This document shows positions 29,931 through 38,479 of a DNA stretch of 64,000 nt, piece after piece. How positions within the stretch are numbered: position 1 is the first letter of the stretch; the number at the start of each line of letters is the position of its first letter. The stretch comes from an uncultured Gammaproteobacteria bacterium (GTDB lineage: Bacteria; Patescibacteriota; Microgenomatia; UBA10105; UBA927), in contig CAZVTT010000001.1 of the NCBI GenBank assembly GCA_964629685.1, positions 449,319 to 513,318 of the forward strand, written 5' to 3'. The translations under genes and the position numbers were made by a program. The notes beneath the pieces are model-generated. The model had not been told where the DNA came from and did not search any database. It saw nothing but the letters and a program-made list of their open reading frames with translations.

Positions 29931-31304
29931 ATGGTAAAAAAACCGATGCGAATTTTTTTTGGGTTAATATTGTTTACGGCGCTTTTGGTTTTGCTGTGTT
30001 TACCTGAAAACTACCGGATTAAATTTAATTTAGGTCCGATTTCGGTTGATCGTATTATTAATCCTCCCGTAATAAACATACCTCTCGGTCAGAGTGTGAT
30101 GTACAAAGAATTTAAAACCAGACTCGGGTTAGATTTGGCCGGAGGAACTCACGTAACGTTGCAGGCGGATATGCACGATATTCCTGCAACAGACAGGGCA
30201 AATGCACTGGAGTCTGCAAAACAGGTCATTGAGCGACGGGTAAATTTTTTCGGGATTGCTGAACCGACAGTGCAAACATCTCAAACTCAGGACGCATACA
30301 GGATTATTGTCGAATTACCGGGAGTCACCGACGTTGAAGCGGCAGTTCAAACTATCGGGCAGACTGCCAGACTGGAATTTAGGGAATTTACCGATTTTGC
30401 TTCCGCAACTCAGGCTGCCTCACCAGCGGCTTTACTGGCAGCTACCAAACCGGTTGATATCACCGGAAAAGATTTGAAGCGGGCACAGATGATTTTTAGT
30501 ACTCAGACCAGTGAACCCGAAGTTGCGATAGAATTTACGGCAGATGGTGGGAAGAAATTTGCAGAGGTAACCAAACGACTTATCGGTCAGCCATTAGCCA
30601 TTTTTCTTGACGAGCTAATTATTTCCGCGCCGGTCGTAAATGCGGAAATTACAGACGGAAATGCCGTCATTTCGGGACAGTTTACCCGTGAAGGAGCAAA
30701 ATATCTCGCATTACAATTAAATGCCGGTGCATTGCCGGTTCCTGTCGACGTTGTCGAAAAGCGAACAGTGGGCGCAACATTAGGGGCAGAATCTGTTCAA
30801 AAGAGTATCCGTGCCGGAATTATCGGTTTGACATTAGTTATGGTATTTATGATTCTGCGGTATAAGTGGTTGGGTGTTTTTGCAACTGCAGCGTTATGTA
30901 TCTACGGACTGTTAAATTTTGCGTTATATAGATTTATTCCCATTACGCTTACTTTACCGGGAATTGCCGGGTTCATTCTGTCTATAGGAATGGCTGTAGA
31001 CAGTAATATCCTTATTTTCGAGCGATATAGGGAAGAACTCAGACGCGGTAAACCTTGGCAAATTGCTATGGAACAGGCTTTTGGTCGCGCGTGGGACAGT
31101 ATACGCGATGCAAATCTTACTACGCTTATTACCTGTCTTATATTATTTAACCCGGGAAATTGGTCTATTTTACCGAGTTCAGGGCTAGTACGTGGTTTTG
31201 CCCTGAATCTATTTATCGGTGTAATTACCAGCTTGTTTACCGGTATTGTAGTAACCAGAACCTTAATTCGGGTATTATATCGTCCCCGGGAGGCAAAATC
31301 ATGA
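29931..31304 (+). CDS. secD: Protein translocase subunit SecD
   Basis: LGLDLAGG, AGALP, VGATLG, GMAVDSNILIFER. Confidence 0.95.
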   Translation: MVKKPMRIFFGLILFTALLVLLCLPENYRIKFNLGPISVDRIINPPVINIPLGQSVMYKEFKTRLGLDLAGGTHVTLQADMHDIPATDRANALESAKQVIERRVNFFGIAEPTVQTSQTQDAYRIIVELPGVTDVEAAVQTIGQTARLEFREFTDFASATQAASPAALLAATKPVDITGKDLKRAQMIFSTQTSEPEVAIEFTADGGKKFAEVTKRLIGQPLAIFLDELIISAPVVNAEITDGNAVISGQFTREGAKYLALQLNAGALPVPVDVVEKRTVGATLGAESVQKSIRAGIIGLTLVMVFMILRYKWLGVFATAALCIYGLLNFALYRFIPITLTLPGIAGFILSIGMAVDSNILIFERYREELRRGKPWQIAMEQAFGRAWDSIRDANLTTLITCLILFNPGNWSILPSSGLVRGFALNLFIGVITSLFTGIVVTRTLIRVLYRPREAKS

Positions 31305-32188
31305 TTCGTTTTTCTAAATATATTTGGATATATTTTTTGGTTTCCGCAGTGGTTTTGGTGCCGGGATTATTTTCATTGTTTCGTTTTGGGTTAAGACAGT
31401 CGATAGATTTTACGGGCGGTGCGTTTTTGGAAGTGCGATTTGATAACTCAGTATCCGAAGAAGCAATTAACTCTGCGGTTGAACAAGAACAGATACCGAT
31501 TGTTAATCTGCAAACGTCATCCGGAAATACGTATCTTTTCAGAATTAAACCGGAAGGGAACGACAAAGTTTTTTCGTTTATTGAAAAACTTGCGCAGACA
31601 ACGAACCAAACACCCGTTGTACTCCGAAATGAGACTGTTGGACCTATTTTGGGGAAAGAACTGTTAAGTAAAACGGTTACTGCTGGTTTTTTTGCATTGG
31701 CCGTAATATTGGCTTACGTGGCCTACGCATTCAAGAATATTAAATATGGAGTTTCCGCAATTATCGCACTCATACACGATCTGTTAGTTGTCCTTGGAGT
31801 TTTTTCGTTATTGGGCTACTTTTCCGGTGTGGAGGTAGATACTCTGTTTGTTACTGCATTCCTTACCACCATGAGTTTTTCAGTTCATGACACCATCGTG
31901 GTATTTGACCGTATTCGTGAATTAACGCATAAAAACTCCCGTCTTCCTTTTGAAGAAATTACCGATTTGGCTATGACGCAGACAATGGGCAGGTCACTAG
32001 CGAATTCGTTTACGATTATATTTATGTTACTTGCCTTAGTACTCCTGGGTGGCACGTCCGTGCACTGGTTTGCAGTAGCACTGCTTATTGGGACTGTTTC
32101 CGGTACGTATTCTTCTCCATTTATCGCGACACCGGTACTTATATTGTGGGATAGATGGGAAAAACGCAAAAAGCTGCACGTCAAATAA
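31301..32188 (+). CDS. secF: Protein translocase subunit SecF
   Basis: IDFTGG, VGP, HD, SVHDTIVVFDRIRE, GTYSS; ATG 31301 overlaps secD stop. Confidence 0.95.
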   Translation: MIRFSKYIWIYFLVSAVVLVPGLFSLFRFGLRQSIDFTGGAFLEVRFDNSVSEEAINSAVEQEQIPIVNLQTSSGNTYLFRIKPEGNDKVFSFIEKLAQTTNQTPVVLRNETVGPILGKELLSKTVTAGFFALAVILAYVAYAFKNIKYGVSAIIALIHDLLVVLGVFSLLGYFSGVEVDTLFVTAFLTTMSFSVHDTIVVFDRIRELTHKNSRLPFEEITDLAMTQTMGRSLANSFTIIFMLLALVLLGGTSVHWFAVALLIGTVSGTYSSPFIATPVLILWDRWEKRKKLHVK

Positions 32189-33574
32189 TTAAGAATCGGG
32201 AGTAAGTAGTTCGGGCTTTAACTCATGCAGACGCTGTAATAGTGCTGCTTCCGTATTTTGAAGGTTACCGGCTTCCACTTCAGCAAATAGTCTATCCAGT
32301 GCGATACCTATAAGAGGCCCGGGTTTAATTCCGAGTTCTTTCATCACCATATAGCCATCTATAAGTAAATCCGGAACGCCGAATGGCTGTTGTTGTACTT
32401 CCTCAAGTCTTTTTTTGAAGAGTTCCAACCGCCAAGAAGTTTCCAGTGCACCGCCACCCAAACGGTCACCGATCCTGAGAGCAAGCATATCGGGTAAATA
32501 TTCTTTTGTGACATGCCGAATAAACCGGCGAATGGCACTATCCGTTTGTCTCTCGTCTACCGTAAATTGGTGCCATCTGATAAGTGTAATGAGTTTCTCC
32601 GATTGTTTTTTTGACAAACGGAGTCTGACGGCGATAGATTTGGCTATTTTTGCTCCGACTACCTCGTGATTGTAAAACGTAATAACCCCATCCGGTGTTT
32701 TTCTGAACGTAGCAGGTTTGCCTATATCGTGGAGTAACGTAGCCAGCCTAACCAGCGGATCATCGGAAGGACAATTGCGTAACGCCATAACTAAATGTGT
32801 GCCAACATCATAAAGGTGATGTCGTTTTGGACTTTTTTGTGGAGTATCAAATGCTAATTCCAATTCCGGAAGAATCTCATGCAATATCCCGCTGTTTTTT
32901 AGCACCAGGACTCCGTCTGCAGCAAAATTACTTGCCAGAAGTTTAAAAAGTTCGTCTCTTATCCGTTCCGCAGAAATTGTGTTAAGTCGACCAGCTGACT
33001 CCTGAATTGCAGTCATAGTTCCAGGTTCAATCATAAATCCCAACTGAGCAGCTATCCGTACAGCCCGCATCATACGGAGTGCGTCTTCGGCAAATCGTTC
33101 CTTGGGAGCTCCTACTGTTCTGATGATTTTAGCGCGTATGTCAGTTTGCCCGTTATACGGATCTATAATTTCAACCCCATCACTGGCGATTGCATTGATA
33201 GTGAAATCCCGCCGCGAGAGATCATCCCGAAGAGTTTTTCCCCAGGAAATTACATCCGGATGGCGGTTATCCGTATATCCTTGTTCACTTCTGTATGTAG
33301 TAATTTCAAAAATGTCTATTAACTCCGGTTCGGTATGCTCTGACGGTGGTGATGCATAAATTTTAATACCAACTGTGCCGAATTGATTATCGTAAAAACT
33401 GTCCGGAAAAATACTTAAAATTTGTTCCGGTGTGGCGTTTGTCGTAAAGTCCCAACCCTTGGTGGGCCGGTTCATCAGCGTATCACGAATTGATCCTCCG
33501 ACAGCATAAATTTCGTACCCTGCGGCTTTTAGTGATGCGATAATCTCCAATACTTTACCCGGTAGCGTTATCAT
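32189..33574 (-). CDS. cca: CCA-adding tRNA nucleotidyltransferase with HD domain
   Basis: VGGSIRD, RRDFTINA, EDALRMMR, ERIRDE, LLHDIGKP. Confidence 0.88.
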   Translation of the reverse strand: MITLPGKVLEIIASLKAAGYEIYAVGGSIRDTLMNRPTKGWDFTTNATPEQILSIFPDSFYDNQFGTVGIKIYASPPSEHTEPELIDIFEITTYRSEQGYTDNRHPDVISWGKTLRDDLSRRDFTINAIASDGVEIIDPYNGQTDIRAKIIRTVGAPKERFAEDALRMMRAVRIAAQLGFMIEPGTMTAIQESAGRLNTISAERIRDELFKLLASNFAADGVLVLKNSGILHEILPELELAFDTPQKSPKRHHLYDVGTHLVMALRNCPSDDPLVRLATLLHDIGKPATFRKTPDGVITFYNHEVVGAKIAKSIAVRLRLSKKQSEKLITLIRWHQFTVDERQTDSAIRRFIRHVTKEYLPDMLALRIGDRLGGGALETSWRLELFKKRLEEVQQQPFGVPDLLIDGYMVMKELGIKPGPLIGIALDRLFAEVEAGNLQNTEAALLQRLHELKPELLTPDS

Positions 33575-33596
33575 GGCCCTATGATATCATAAGGCA
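33575..33596. promoter_or_regulatory. Bidirectional -10 element shared by cca and recJ
   Basis: Palindrome TATGATATCATA gives TATCAT on each strand exactly 6 nt before each ATG. Confidence 0.65.
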
Positions 33597-35249
33597 ATGA
33601 AGAAATGGGATATTTTACCTCAAATACCGAAATCATTTTCAAATCCGGAAGAAATACTTCAACAACTTTTACAAAATAGGGGATTGGCAAATAGCAAAGA
33701 TGCAAATATTTTCCTGCGTCCTCCTGCTGCGTTTGATTTGAAGGCTGCAGATGTGGGAATAGATACGAAAGCTCTAAATTTAGCGGTAAAACGGATTCGG
33801 AAGGCGATTACTGCAAAAGAGTCAATTGTGGTATATGCAGACTATGATGCTGATGGTATAACCGCGGGAGCAATTATGTGGGAAACACTTTACGCTATGG
33901 GTGCACGTGTAATGCCATACATTCCCCATAGAGTAGAAGAAGGTTATGGGTTATCCATAAAGGGTATAGATAACGTACGGGCACAGTATGATCCCACACT
34001 GGTTATAACAGTAGATCATGGTATTACGGCATGGGAAAAGGTTGAATACGCCAAATCGTTGGGTATGGATGTTATTGTAACGGATCATCATACGAAACCG
34101 GAGAAGGTTCCTGATGCTATTACCGTTCACACCACGCAACTTGCCGGTTCAGGGGTGAGTTGGTTTTTGGCAAAAGAGGTATCCGGTATTCGTAATGAAG
34201 AACTTACTGCGTTGGCAACCATTGGTACTGTTGCTGACTTAGTTCCGCTTATTGGACCCAATCGCGCGATAGTAAAAGAAGGGCTTACCGCATTGAATCG
34301 AACTTCCAGGGTCGGTTTATTGGCAATGCTTACGGATGCCGGTTTAAGTCGTGGAGCATTGAGTACATACAGTATTTCGCATGTTCTTGCTCCCAGGCTG
34401 AATGCTATGGGAAGAATTGTTCATGCTATGGATGCTCTGCGTTTGCTCTGTACCAAACAAGAGGATAAGGCGATGATTCTGGCCAGGCAGTTGGGGCTAA
34501 CTAACAAAGAACGGCAACGCTTAACAGAAGATGCTTCACTTCGGGCGAAAGAATCGCTCTATGCGTTAGGAAACACTAGTAATAGTAAAAAATTATTATT
34601 TCTCGCTCATACGGAATATAACCAGGGTATAATCGGTCTTGTCGCGGGCAGGTTAGTGGAAGAATATTATCGTCCGGCAATTGTGGTGGCAATAGGCGAA
34701 GACATTTCTAAAGCGTCAGCCAGGTCTATATCCGGGTTTAATATTGTTGAAGCGATAAAAAGCTGCAGCGATCTGCTGATAGACGTCGGCGGTCATCCTA
34801 TGGCTGCCGGATTTACCGTAGAAACTAAAAATCTAACCACACTACAGCAACGGCTTGAACAGGTAGCTGAAGAACAGCTCGATCAGGAATTGTTAACCAG
34901 AAGACTCCGCATAGATGCTGAAATACCGTTAGGACTCGTAAGTGAAACGTTATGCAGCATGTTGGAACAAATGGAACCTTTTGGGTTTGGTAATCCTGAG
35001 CCGGTTTTTGTTTCCGGGCAAGTACAATTACGTGACGTCCAACTGCTGGGATCTGAAGGCAAACATTTAAAAATAAGAGTTCGCCAAGGTGAAGGACCAC
35101 TCTTTCAGGCAGTGGCATTTAGTATGGGCGATTTATACCCAAAGTTATTTCCCAATATGGTTTTTGATGTAGCATATACGGTTGAAATGAACGAATGGAA
35201 CGGAAAAAAACGACTACAATTGAAGATAAAAGATATTCATTTTGAGTAG
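33597..35249 (+). CDS. recJ: ssDNA exonuclease RecJ
   Basis: DYDADG, TVDHG, TDHH, GTVAD, PRLNA.GR, GGHPMAAG, EPFGFGNP. Confidence 0.95.
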   Translation: MKKWDILPQIPKSFSNPEEILQQLLQNRGLANSKDANIFLRPPAAFDLKAADVGIDTKALNLAVKRIRKAITAKESIVVYADYDADGITAGAIMWETLYAMGARVMPYIPHRVEEGYGLSIKGIDNVRAQYDPTLVITVDHGITAWEKVEYAKSLGMDVIVTDHHTKPEKVPDAITVHTTQLAGSGVSWFLAKEVSGIRNEELTALATIGTVADLVPLIGPNRAIVKEGLTALNRTSRVGLLAMLTDAGLSRGALSTYSISHVLAPRLNAMGRIVHAMDALRLLCTKQEDKAMILARQLGLTNKERQRLTEDASLRAKESLYALGNTSNSKKLLFLAHTEYNQGIIGLVAGRLVEEYYRPAIVVAIGEDISKASARSISGFNIVEAIKSCSDLLIDVGGHPMAAGFTVETKNLTTLQQRLEQVAEEQLDQELLTRRLRIDAEIPLGLVSETLCSMLEQMEPFGFGNPEPVFVSGQVQLRDVQLLGSEGKHLKIRVRQGEGPLFQAVAFSMGDLYPKLFPNMVFDVAYTVEMNEWNGKKRLQLKIKDIHFE

Positions 35250-35275
35250 TTTTAGTATTCTAAACTGAACAGGAA

Positions 35276-35534
35276 AAATCCCCACATATGATGAGTGCAT
35301 ATACTCAGATATGTGGGGATTTCCTATAGTCTTGGTTCATAACCACCTACCTGTAATTTTCAGACGTAAAGATATCTTACGACTGGAAAAGGCAGGCAGG
35401 TGGTAGGAAAAAAAGAACAGAGAAACAGGGATGAATAATAGAGTAAAAAATTGCAAAAAAAACGAAACCCCGGAGGGTGAGATCCGACTTCTGGCGGGCA
35501 TAGTGCCGGATCTCAAATACTGGTGGGTTTCTCG
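35276..35534 (-). other. Three-hairpin 3' region of attenuated unit B
   Basis: Stem 35463-35534 followed by U8 tract; ACCACCTACCTG/CAGGCAGGTGGT 35342-35404; 14-bp inverted repeat 35276-35322. Confidence 0.65.
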
Positions 35535-35539
35535 TTCGG

Positions 35540-35746
35540 TTAGCTTTGTTGTGCGGGTATTTCTTCATCGGGGAAACTTTGTGGTTCGGCAGAACCGAGA
35601 AGACTCACCAGTCTTCTTTTCCAGTTTTTACCGAGCATCTCTGCCACTTCACCTGCACTCATATTTACGCCGCAAATTTTTGCGACGGCAGGTCTGTTTC
35701 CGACTGCGTTCCCATCCGGTGACTGAATATCGCTATTGCTTACCAT
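35540..35746 (-). CDS. Small orphan protein (68 aa), cargo of unit B
   Basis: SD AAGGAG 8 nt before ATG 35746 (MVSNSDIQ...); no family recognised. Confidence 0.5.
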   Translation of the reverse strand: MVSNSDIQSPDGNAVGNRPAVAKICGVNMSAGEVAEMLGKNWKRRLVSLLGSAEPQSFPDEEIPAQQS

Positions 35747-35873
35747 TTGAAAATCTCCTTGTTGTATATCTGACGTATTCGAGAACCCTTTCATCTCCTG
35801 TTCTTAGTTTTCCAAGAACCGAGACCATATAGCCACCAAGAATGATGGATATATGGTCCCGGTCCTCTTTACT

Positions 35874-35884
35874 TGTTAATGTGC
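35874..35884 (-). promoter_or_regulatory. boxA-like element GCACATTAACA (unit B)
   Basis: Identical to 36668-36678; resembles boxA GCTCTTTAACA. Confidence 0.5.
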
Positions 35885-35902
35885 AAACTACCATTTTTGT
35901 TC

Positions 35903-35931
35903 AAAAAAAACCTCCTGTTGAGAGGAGGTTT
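35903..35931 (-). terminator. Attenuator terminator of unit B
   Basis: AAACCTCCT-ctcaac-AGGAGGTTT plus U-run; 5' arm can pair instead with GGAGGTTT in the leader ORF. Confidence 0.8.
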
Positions 35932-35952
35932 CTTATGTACTGTTTAGTGTTA

Positions 35953-36024
35953 TCAGTACCTCAAAACCTCCCCATCGCTGAGGAGAATAAGAATTGTAAT
36001 GACGTTTAAAATATGTATGTTCAT
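35953..36024 (-). CDS. Putative leader peptide MNIHILNVITILILLSDGEVLRY
   Basis: Ile/Leu/Val run; CTCCTCA-GCGA-TGGGGAG hairpin inside; directly upstream of terminator. Confidence 0.65.
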   Translation of the reverse strand: MNIHILNVITILILLSDGEVLRY

Positions 36025-36065
36025 AAATACTATGTATTACTATTTGTTAATTTGTTAAAACGATT

Positions 36066-36264
36066 AATACATCCCCGTTGTTGATCAGCGCTTCGGCTTA
36101 CAGAACGGGGATGTATTTATACTTCTGTTTCTTCTTGTCTGTGATGAACAGTTGTTAGGTTTTAACAACTAATAAAAACAGACAAGAAGAAACGATAACG
36201 GAGGAAAACAAAAAAATAAAAGGAAGGGACGGTCCAGCAGACGCTGTATATATTCCACTGGACC
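36066..36264 (-). other. Three-hairpin 3' region of attenuated unit A
   Basis: GGTCCAG/CTGGACC 36231-36264 plus pyrimidine tract; perfect 16-bp IR 36127-36193; perfect 14-bp IR 36066-36117. Confidence 0.65.
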
Positions 36265-36285
36265 ATTCTCCTGATTATGCTGGTT

Positions 36286-36570
36286 TCAGCTCTTTTTTTT
36301 CGGCTTGCGCGGATTCGTTTGTTTTTTAAGTGCCATTGCAACTTTCTGAGGTGATACTCCGGTTTCAAGCATTTCAACGACGCGGGTGAGATGAGTTATA
36401 TATCCCTCATTTGCACGGCTGGCGAGACAACCTTGCCCATGTCTAGGTGATAATGCCAGATTCCGTTCGCGGTTTAACAGTGAGAGAATATGACTTCCCG
36501 TTTGCTGATCTGCTTTTGCATAGAGCCTTTCGATTAGTTGCTGATCATCCAGTACACTGACGGTACCCAT
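36286..36570 (-). CDS. Small basic orphan protein (94 aa), cargo of unit A
   Basis: Perfect SD GGAGGT 8 nt before ATG; Lys-rich tail. Confidence 0.65.
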   Translation of the reverse strand: MGTVSVLDDQQLIERLYAKADQQTGSHILSLLNRERNLALSPRHGQGCLASRANEGYITHLTRVVEMLETGVSPQKVAMALKKQTNPRKPKKKS

Positions 36571-36667
36571 TACTAGTTACCTCCGATATGTGAACTACCG
36601 AGCGGGCAAAACACATTTATTCAACAATATTGTTTTAAACAAAAGTGTTTTGTTCCGATCAGTAGTG

Positions 36668-36678
36668 TGTTAATGTGC
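36668..36678 (-). promoter_or_regulatory. boxA-like element GCACATTAACA (unit A)
   Basis: Immediately after terminator, same order as in unit B. Confidence 0.5.
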
Positions 36679-36686
36679 TACGCAAC

Positions 36687-36716
36687 AAAAAAACCTCCTG
36701 GTTCTTTCAGGAGGTT
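36687..36716 (-). terminator. Attenuator terminator of unit A
   Basis: AACCTCCTG-aaagaac-CAGGAGGTT plus U-run; alternative pairing with GGAGGTT in leader. Confidence 0.8.
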
Positions 36717-36744
36717 ACTTGGTAGTTAGTTTTTGTTACTTTCT

Positions 36745-36819
36745 CTACGCCACGCAACCTCCGTCCGAAATTCGGAGGACGGTAATAAAGGACATGGTCT
36801 GTTTAGCGTAGGTATTCAT
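36745..36819 (-). CDS. Putative leader peptide MNTYAKQTMSFITVLRISDGGCVA
   Basis: Lies between consensus promoter and terminator; CCTCCG/CGGAGG pause hairpin. Confidence 0.6.
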   Translation of the reverse strand: MNTYAKQTMSFITVLRISDGGCVA

Positions 36820-36830
36820 ACAACAACTAG

Positions 36831-36859
36831 ATTGTATAATGACGTCAGAATAATGTCAA
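36831..36859 (-). promoter_or_regulatory. sigma70 promoter of unit A
   Basis: TTGACA-N17-TACAAT, 11 nt before leader ATG. Confidence 0.8.
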
Positions 36860-36950
36860 ACTAGGAATACTTAAGAGCAAAATGACAAGGTTTTCAGGGG
36901 TATATGCATGTAGTGAAAAATGACTGCTTGCCGTACAATAGAAACAGCCT

Positions 36951-37451
36951 ATGGATACGGTCTCCCCAGCTCATAAATTCGCTAGCGGTAATGATGTGTA
37001 TTCCGCTATTTGTCAACTTCTTGAGCGTGAAGGTGTAGAGTTTACCGCGTATGAACATGAAGCTGTTAAAACATCACTGGAGGCTGCCGCTATCAGAAAT
37101 TCCCCCTTACATGCCGGAGCTAAGGCTATGGTATTCTATGGGGATCGGCAACCGTTGATGATTGTACTTCCGGCTGACCGTAAGGTGGATATAAAAGTAT
37201 TTAAGCATATGTACGGTATTCGGGACCTACGTATGGCATCTGCTGATGAGGTAGTTCAGCTCACGGCGGTAACAGTAGGAGCAGTTCCACCATTCGGAGG
37301 ATTATTCGGTTTACCGGTATATGTCGATGTATCTCTTTCGGAAAATGAAATTATTTTTTTTAATGCCGGGTTACATACCAAATCGTTATCCCTAAAAGAG
37401 GCTGAATACGAACGTATAATCAAACCCGTACGAGGTAATTTTAGTATTTGA
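36951..37451 (+). CDS. YbaK/ProX-family aminoacyl-tRNA deacylase
   Basis: HEAVKT, AKAMV, GAVPPFG, FNAG. Confidence 0.88.
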   Translation: MDTVSPAHKFASGNDVYSAICQLLEREGVEFTAYEHEAVKTSLEAAAIRNSPLHAGAKAMVFYGDRQPLMIVLPADRKVDIKVFKHMYGIRDLRMASADEVVQLTAVTVGAVPPFGGLFGLPVYVDVSLSENEIIFFNAGLHTKSLSLKEAEYERIIKPVRGNFSI

Positions 37452-37454
37452 TAT

Positions 37455-38474
37455 ATGGCACCAAAGCGAAAAAGAAAACATCCCCGTACTTTTATTGTAA
37501 AAGAGCGCGAGCTAGTTCGTTCCGTATGGTGGAAAAAAGCATGGAGTAAAATTCTCTTTTTATTTGTGCTTGCTGTATTTATTCTGGGATATCCTGGTCA
37601 CAACGTCTATATGCGGAATGGAGAAACTATACCGGAAGTGCCGTTGGAACAACATCCGTCGATTTCTTTGCCATCTCCTGCACCGTATCCCGTAAATACC
37701 ACCGGCTTTTTTCCGGGTTCGGCAATTACAGCTTCTGGCATCGTAATTTTAGATATTAATTCGGGAGTATTTCTCTACAAACGCAATGAGCTGGAACCGT
37801 TGTTTCCAGCCTCGACTACGAAAATAATGACAGCGCTGGTGGCTTTCGATCAATTTCAATTGGACGACGTTTTAACGGTTAAAGAAATACCCACGGAAGG
37901 GCAAATGATGGGATTGGTCTTGGGAGAAAAAATGACGTTTGAGAATTTGCTTTACGGAGCCTTAATTCATTCCGGTAATGATGCTGCCTATGTTATCGCG
38001 GATAATTTCCCGGGCGGAGTGGCTTCTTTTGTAGCAGCAATGAACGAGAAAGCAGTGGAGCTTCATCTAACCGGAACCCATTTTACGAATCCGGTAGGAT
38101 ATGATGATCCAGAGCATAGAATGACTCCGATTGATTTAGCCAGACTGGCAAGCTTTGCTCTAAACAACAAGACTATTGCCAAAATGGTTTCTATTCCCCA
38201 AATTACCATCTCTGATGTTTCACACACGTATTTTCATGCCTTAAAAAACGTAAACGAACTGTTGGGAAAAATTCCGGGTGTGGGGGGAATAAAAACCGGT
38301 TGGACGGAGCAGGCAGGAGAGAATTTAGTATCTTTGGTAGACCGGAATAATCACAAAGTCATTATTGTATTACTTAAGAGTCAGGATCGCTTCGGGGAAA
38401 CTGCAATTCTAATAGACTGGATTTTTGGCAATCATGCCTGGGAAACGATTACTCCACCTGTTCCGGTTGAATAG
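37455..38474 (+). CDS. D-Ala-D-Ala carboxypeptidase (S11)
   Basis: PASTTK (SxxK), SGNDAA (SxN), IKTGWT. Confidence 0.92.
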   Translation: MAPKRKRKHPRTFIVKERELVRSVWWKKAWSKILFLFVLAVFILGYPGHNVYMRNGETIPEVPLEQHPSISLPSPAPYPVNTTGFFPGSAITASGIVILDINSGVFLYKRNELEPLFPASTTKIMTALVAFDQFQLDDVLTVKEIPTEGQMMGLVLGEKMTFENLLYGALIHSGNDAAYVIADNFPGGVASFVAAMNEKAVELHLTGTHFTNPVGYDDPEHRMTPIDLARLASFALNNKTIAKMVSIPQITISDVSHTYFHALKNVNELLGKIPGVGGIKTGWTEQAGENLVSLVDRNNHKVIIVLLKSQDRFGETAILIDWIFGNHAWETITPPVPVE

Positions 38475-38479
38475 CTATG

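Noticed and set aside
35377-36377. ORFs 35431..35832(+), 35377..35568(-) and 36162..36377(-)
   Set aside because: They run through hairpins and pyrimidine tracts, lack SD or promoter support, and overlap better-supported SD-led ORFs
35880-36830. T-box riboswitch or CRISPR explanation for the repeated structures
   Set aside because: No T-box UGGNACC bulge consensus; leaders too short; no regularly spaced direct repeats or cas genes
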